The notes below the pieces were generated by a model. That model made no database searches. It was not told the origin of the DNA and saw only the letters and a program-made list of their open reading frames with translations. From the human T2T-CHM13v2.0 reference genome, Homo sapiens: 64,000 nt of DNA. This document shows, piece after piece, positions 58,041-64,000 of the stretch (position 1 is the first letter of the stretch; the number at the start of each line of letters is the position of its first letter). The DNA is taken from the NCBI RefSeq assembly GCF_009914755.1, contig NC_060935.1; one strand, 5' to 3'. A program made the position numbers and the translations under genes.

Positions 58041-58378
58041 CATTCTATGTGAAACAGAGATCAAGAGAAATAAAAATGTAGGTTTCTCTTATAAATACAC
58101 AATCTATTCATGAAGGGTAATAATGCCAGAAAAGCAGATCAGAAAAATTAAACAAAAACTAAAACAAAACAAAGGACATGTGTTGAGGTTAACAAGAGAA
58201 AGAGAAAATAAAATTAGTGAGAATAAGTATTCTTCACAAAAATGTTTGAATTGTTTTTAAATTTTATATTTAGTAGCATTTATTCAGCGCAGTTCTGTAA
58301 GAAAGGGTGTTCTGTTAAATTCTATCTAAAAAAGATAAGCCTTTTAATTCAATCCAGGGCATATTACATAATCTAAAA

Positions 58379-58696
58379 CAATGGTCCCCAACCCCTGGGC
58401 TGCAGACCTATACCCGTGGCTTCTGAGTAACCAGGCTGAAACAGCTGGAGGTGAGTGGCCAGTGAGCGAGTATCACCGCCTGAGGTCCACCTCTTGCCAG
58501 ATCCGCAGCAAAATTAGATTCTCATAGGAGTGCAAACCCTACTGTGAACTGTACACATGCGAGATCTAGGTTGCACTCTCATGAGAATCTAAGACCTAAT
58601 GATCTGAGGTGGAACAGTCTCATCCACAGTCTCATCTGTAGAAAAGTTGTCTTCCATGAAACCAGTTTCTGGTGCCAAAAAGGTTGGGAACTGCTG
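58379..58696. mobile_element. MER1B hAT-Charlie MITE
   Basis: TIRs caatggtccccaacc / ggttgggaactgctg, with an 8-bp TSD atctaaaa / atctcaaa. Confidence 0.85.
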
Positions 58697-59712
58697 ATCT
58701 CAAACAAGGCTTATTTTATGAACTATTGCTAAATTCAGAACATTTCTTCCACATATTCCATTATATTTTTTCAGTTGAATTCAATCAGGTCGAAGTATAG
58801 TAAATTATGCTAATCCAAACAAATCAGTTTAATTGAGAAAAATTAATTTAATTTGATTTGTTGAATGTAATATATTTTTCTTTTCTGTAATGTAAATTGA
58901 ATTAATTTCAACCCAGATCAAAAGTCAGATTAGTCCTGGTCCACCTCACTCCATCCGTTTTCAAACAAGATCAGATATAGTACAAAACATTCAATTCAAT
59001 TAGCTTGAATGTTATTCTTTCTTTTCATTGATTTCAAACCAAAATGCATGCTTACTTTACAAATCTCACCTTAATAATGCAAAAAACCTAAGACCTACAG
59101 TCAATTTTCTTCTTTTGTAAAACTTTAGGTTTTCCAAGACTAAACTTGAATTACCAAAAATATTTATTTACAGAACCAATTCGTCTGTGTTCTCCAAAAC
59201 TAGTGATTTTATGTTCCAATATCAACACCCTTCTGTGTGTAGGACACTATGCTAAGTACTTCACAGCATTTAAAAAAAAAAAAAAGAAAAAGCACAACTG
59301 CCTTTAGAAGCTTGCTATCTAAGACAAAAAATAAATATTCTAGTGTCATGTGGCATACTAAGTATTTAACAAATGAAATATAAATAATAATAGTGATTTT
59401 AAAAAGACATCTATGTTGAAAATGCAGAAGCAAAAGATAACATTACCTCATTATCTTTCTCAAAATCACCCCAGAGCAGCAAGGGAAACTAGAAAAACAC
59501 AAAAAGATATTAAGAGACAATGAAACCACAAAATTACAAAAGGGATGGAAATCTGCATGAAGGAATGGGGGATGAGCAGTTGTATATGGAGGCTGAAGCA
59601 AGCCAAAAAAGAGAACTGCTGCAATTGTGGATTTCAGAGATACCTAGCAACATATTTCTTGGAGAAGGAAAATTCATTGGAGACGAAAAATCTAAATTAC
59701 TTGTTTGAAAGA

Positions 59713-60261
59713 CATACTAGTCAGGGTTCTCTAGAGAGACAAAACTAATAGGTGATATAGATATAGATATATATGAGAAGAAATTAACCAGGAAAATTGG
59801 CTCACAAGATTATGGAGACTGAGAAGTCCCATCACATGCTGTCTGTAACCTGTAGACCCCGGGATGCCAATAGGTAACATGGCTCAGTCCAAGTTTGAAA
59901 CCTCAGGAAAAGAGAAGCTGATATAATTCTCAGTGTGAGAAACTGGAGGCCGCTGGTGTAAGTCCTAGAGTCCATAGGCCAGAGAGCCTGGAGTTCTAAT
60001 GTCCAAGGGCAGGAGAACTGTTCCAGTTCCAGGAGAATGAGAACATTGTCCTTTTTTCTGTCTTTTTTTGTTCTATCCGGAGCCCCAGGATGTTGGATGG
60101 TGCCCATTCACATTAAAGGTGGATCTTCCCCATCGAGTCCACTGATTCAAACACCAGTCTCCACTAGAAACACCCTCACAGGTTAACCCAGGAGTAATAC
60201 TTTACCAGTTCTCTAGTACTCCTTAATTCAGTCAGGTTGACACTTAAAAACAACCATCACA
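59713..60261 (-). mobile_element. MLT2B-type (ERVL) solo LTR
   Basis: tagtcagggttctctagagagac...ggttgacacttaaaaacaaccatcaca. Flanks aaaga / aaagg. Confidence 0.85.
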
Positions 60262-60519
60262 AAAGGATAAGGGCAAAATGATTGTTCTGGGATTAAAATT
60301 TTCCTTACACTGAGTTAAATTTCAATAATCAGAGGAATTGTAGCTAATGAAAAAAATTACAAAGACAATCTCTACTTGAACAAAGTTGTATGTCCCTGGA
60401 GTGGCAAGGAAGAGATATTTTTCTGTTTGTTTGTTTGTCTTTTTAATAAATTCTGGCTGCTAATTGTCTTTGGTTGGTAGGAATTGGTTTCAAATAGCTT
60501 AGCCCAGGAAGAACAGATA

Positions 60520-63500
60520 CCTTTTAAAAATTATTTTTAAAAAAAGTGGAAAGAAGCAGCAAAGGATAATATAAAAACGTTATGAGTTGAACACAGATGA
60601 GATATAAAAAACAAATATCAAATGAGAAAACAATCTCCAGGAAAATATATATATTTAAATAAAGGACAATTCAAACTGACTGCTTGGCCATGAATGAAAT
60701 ACAAAAAAAAAAAAAATACAATCACATCTGTGAAATAAGAATACACACCAGAAATTTAAGATCTTTTATAAAAGATGAAAGACACCAGAAGAATATTACA
60801 ACTGGATTCCTGGGTTGTCAAGGGAGAGAAAAGATGTGGAAAACAGAAAAATGTTACTGATAAAAAGTAAATAAGAAAGACACCAAGGAAGATAGACAAT
60901 GTTAAAATCATAATGAAAAATTTGGAAAACAGAAATGAAATGGTAATGAATATTAAATAAGTTAAATAATCTTAAAAAGGAAAAATAATATAAATAAGAG
61001 AGGAAGTGATATATAGATAGGAAAGGATATTGAATATGTACACAATTAAAGTCCTTATACAATAAAATTTAAATAATAGAATAGGATATAAAATTTTAAA
61101 ATACACTTTTATTTCTGAAATTAAAATAAATATTTTAATCTACATATTAAGTACACCATATTTCAGAGACTATTAACCCAGAGGACCAGCTTGAAATAAT
61201 ATCCTTAAAAATAAATTAGTATCTACTGGTAAATAAAAAAGTATTTTTGACAGCCAAACAAAAAACAAAATCATTTTACCAGACAACATACAAAATAGCA
61301 TAAATAATTTCCCAAGTCAACATTTAACATTAAAAGATAGTAGGAAAAATGCCTAATGTATCAATAAAGAGAGTGAAGTTTAAAAAAATAGTGTAGCAAA
61401 TTACTATTGGTAGAGTGTAATGTTAAGAGAAATTAGTTTTAAATATCTAAGAAGAAAGGACATTATTTCTACAGGCCATTTTTACATAATTTACTGGGAA
61501 AAAAACAAGAAAATATTTAAAGGCAAAATAACTGGCAGTGAGAAATTATCTGCTTGTCTTTAGGAATTAGGACGTAACAAACAAGGAGATGATGTTCCAC
61601 AACAAACAGTAGCCATATAAACTCTGATGAAGTAGAAATAATATAACTAACAAGGAAAGGAAGAAAGAAAGGTGGCTGAAAAAGAGAAAGATGTTTTTAC
61701 TTCCTTATCTTTAGTACCTAGAGGCCAATATATTTGAAATAAATTAAGAACTTGAGGTTCAAATATGTTTAACAGTTTAAATGTAAACACAAATAAAATG
61801 ATATAATTAAAATCAAACTGATACAGGAGGGAAGCAGGGAAGTGCTGGGTAGAGGATAAGGGTGGGTCACTGGCAAGGGCTTCATCCCCAGGCTTCTCCT
61901 CATGGACCTAGGTGAAGACAGGCACTCTTGCCTTTCAGTCCAACTGTTGTATTTCCCAAGACCACCCTGGCCTGCCAGGCCCCCATCCTGTACCTACAAA
62001 AACCCCGAGACCCTAGCAGGCAGACACACAGGCAGCTGGACGTCGAGAGGAGCATGCCAGCGGAGGAACACACAAGTGGCTGGACGTCAAGAGGGACGCA
62101 CCAACAGGCACCAGCGCACCAGCAGGCCACCTACCGGCAGAACGACTTGGAGTTTGGCCCAGGCAGTCGGAGGAGACCCCAACCCACCAAGCGGCCTGAC
62201 GCCAAGGGAAAACCATCTCCCTTCTGGCTGCCCCATCTGCTGAGAGCTGCTTCCACTCAATAAACCTTGCACTCATTCTCCAAGCCCAGTGTGATCTGAT
62301 TCTTCTGGTACATCAAAGTAGGAACCCGGGATACAGAAATCCCTCCGTCCTTGTGATAATGAAGGGAGTCTAACTGAGCCGACTAACACAAGCCACCTAT
62401 AGACGGCAAAACTAAAAGAGCACCCTGTAAGAGATGCCTACTGGGGCTTCAGCTGTAAACATTTACCCCTAGACACTGCCGTGGGGTCAGAGCCCGCAGC
62501 CTGCCAGTCTGTATGCTCCTCTAGAGGTTTGAGCACCGGGGCACTGAAGAAGCGAGCCACATGCCCAACTCACGCCCTGCGAGGGGGACAAGGAAACTTT
62601 TCCCGTTTCAAAATAAGGAGAAAAATGAGAGAAGAAAAAGGAAAATACAAACTCTATATTTGATCATAATATATGCTTAATAGATAATGACTAAAAGTAA
62701 AACTTAGATATAAAGGTAGAATTTTCAACTGTAAATTACCTGGTTTAAATTTTTTTTTCTAAGTATATAAGAATATGTGAACTGATTAATGAAAGCAAAT
62801 AAAGCCCAGGAATAGACAGGACCATGTATAAATATTTGGTTTATAAAATTGATATATTTGTAAGAAATCTTGTTTGGACAGTTATAAAGACAGAAAAAAT
62901 TGATGATCACTTCACTTTATGCACAAAGGCCAGTTGCAGGTAGATTCTAGACATAAAGGAAGTGAAAAAGATCACCAGGGAGACAGCATAGGAGAGCATC
63001 TCTGTAAATTTTAAAAACGAAAAGCTATCTTAAACATATTTTAAAAGCTAGCCATTAAGAAAATTAAAACCTGATAATTTGGATGGCATTAAACATTTCT
63101 GTTTGTTAAGAGATATGATTACGAATCAAATAGACAAAGGAATGGAATAAGATACCTGCAACATATGGGACCACAAAAGATCCATCGAGAATATATAAAC
63201 TTCCACAAATTAACAAGAAAATACAGAAGAAGACTTGACCAGAGACATTTTTTTAAAAATGCATAACTTTTAATAATCTTACACTTAAAGCAAATTATCA
63301 AATTGCTCATAGACATATGGTACAGTGCTTAAATTCATTAGTAATGAAGGGAATTAGCACTAAAATCACAATGAATTTTCCCAACACAAACACCAGCATG
63401 GCAAAACTTTAATATTTGTTAATATCAAGTATTGGTAACAAAGTGAAACAATTGTATCTTTCTTTAAAACTAATTTTGTAATTACTTACTAAAACAACAT

Positions 63501-63655
63501 AAAAATAGCCAATGAAAATTTTGACAAATTTACTCCTAGCACTCAACAGAAAAGTCTGCACCAATGTTCAAGAGACTTGCACCAAAATCTCCAGAGAAAT
63601 GTTATTTATATTAGCTTTGTGATAGAAACATTCAGATGTCCATCAAAATTAGAAT
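60520..63655 (+). mobile_element. Old, fragmented L1M, interrupted by an LTR
   Basis: A-rich L1-like segments; the 3' part includes aaatcacaatga and cagatgtccatcaa. Confidence 0.5.
61819..62610 (+). mobile_element. ERV1 solo LTR, LTR1/LTR27/LTR28 group
   Basis: tgatacaggagggaagcagggaagtgctggg...AATAAA (62259)...tttcccgtttca. Flanks aaac / aaat. Confidence 0.8.
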
Positions 63656-63661
63656 ACATTT

Positions 63662-63692
<31 letters not shown>

Positions 63693-63714
63693 TATATGTA
63701 ATTTTTTCTTCATT

Positions 63715-63998
63715 TTCGTTTTTTTAGAGGCAGAGTTTTGCTCTGTCACCCAGGATAGAATGCAGTGATATGATCATAGCCCAAGGCAGCCTCAAACTCC
63801 TGGGTTCAACTGATCTTCCCACTTCAGCCTCTCAGTAGCTGGGACTACCAGGTGCAGACCCCTGTGCCCAGCTAATCATTTTTCAGAATTTTTTTTGTGG
63901 GGAAGAAGTCTCACTATTTTGCTCAGGCTGGACTCAGACTCCTGGCCTCAAGCAGTCCTTCCACCTTGGCCTCTCAAAGTGCTGGGATTACAAGCATA
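63715..63998 (-). mobile_element. AluJ-type SINE
   Basis: Antisense dimer with J-type features (ggcctcaagcagtccttccaccttggcc). Confidence 0.88.
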
Positions 63999-64000
63999 AA

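Overview
AT-rich, CpG-depleted primate (most likely human or great-ape) genomic DNA of intergenic or deep-intronic character. I see no intact protein-coding gene, RNA gene, CRISPR array or prokaryote-type system. Almost every ORF in the track is a chance reading of an Alu, L1, LTR or simple repeat. Much of the window is interspersed repeat: about 15 Alu copies or monomers, several L1s (three with twin-priming 5' inversions), solo LTRs (MLT2, THE1, MLT1, LTR33, LTR1 group) and DNA transposons (near full-length Tigger4/Zombi, Tigger3, MER44, MER1B, MER58). The most notable items are: (1) a heavily decayed Ty3/Gypsy-type pol relic at about 30.8-32.65 kb, with RT, RNase H, a possible second RNase H and integrase motifs in order, which the ORF track misses; (2) a 5'-truncated trophinin (TRO) retrocopy at 28.46-29.12 kb; (3) a 226-bp inverted templated insertion flanked by a perfect 15-bp duplication at 16.3 kb, next to a fold-back hairpin; (4) an L1PA2-like element whose inversion removed about 2.6 kb. 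Family and subfamily names come from recalled consensus sequences, not from a search. I cannot support a claim of a new functional biological system here.
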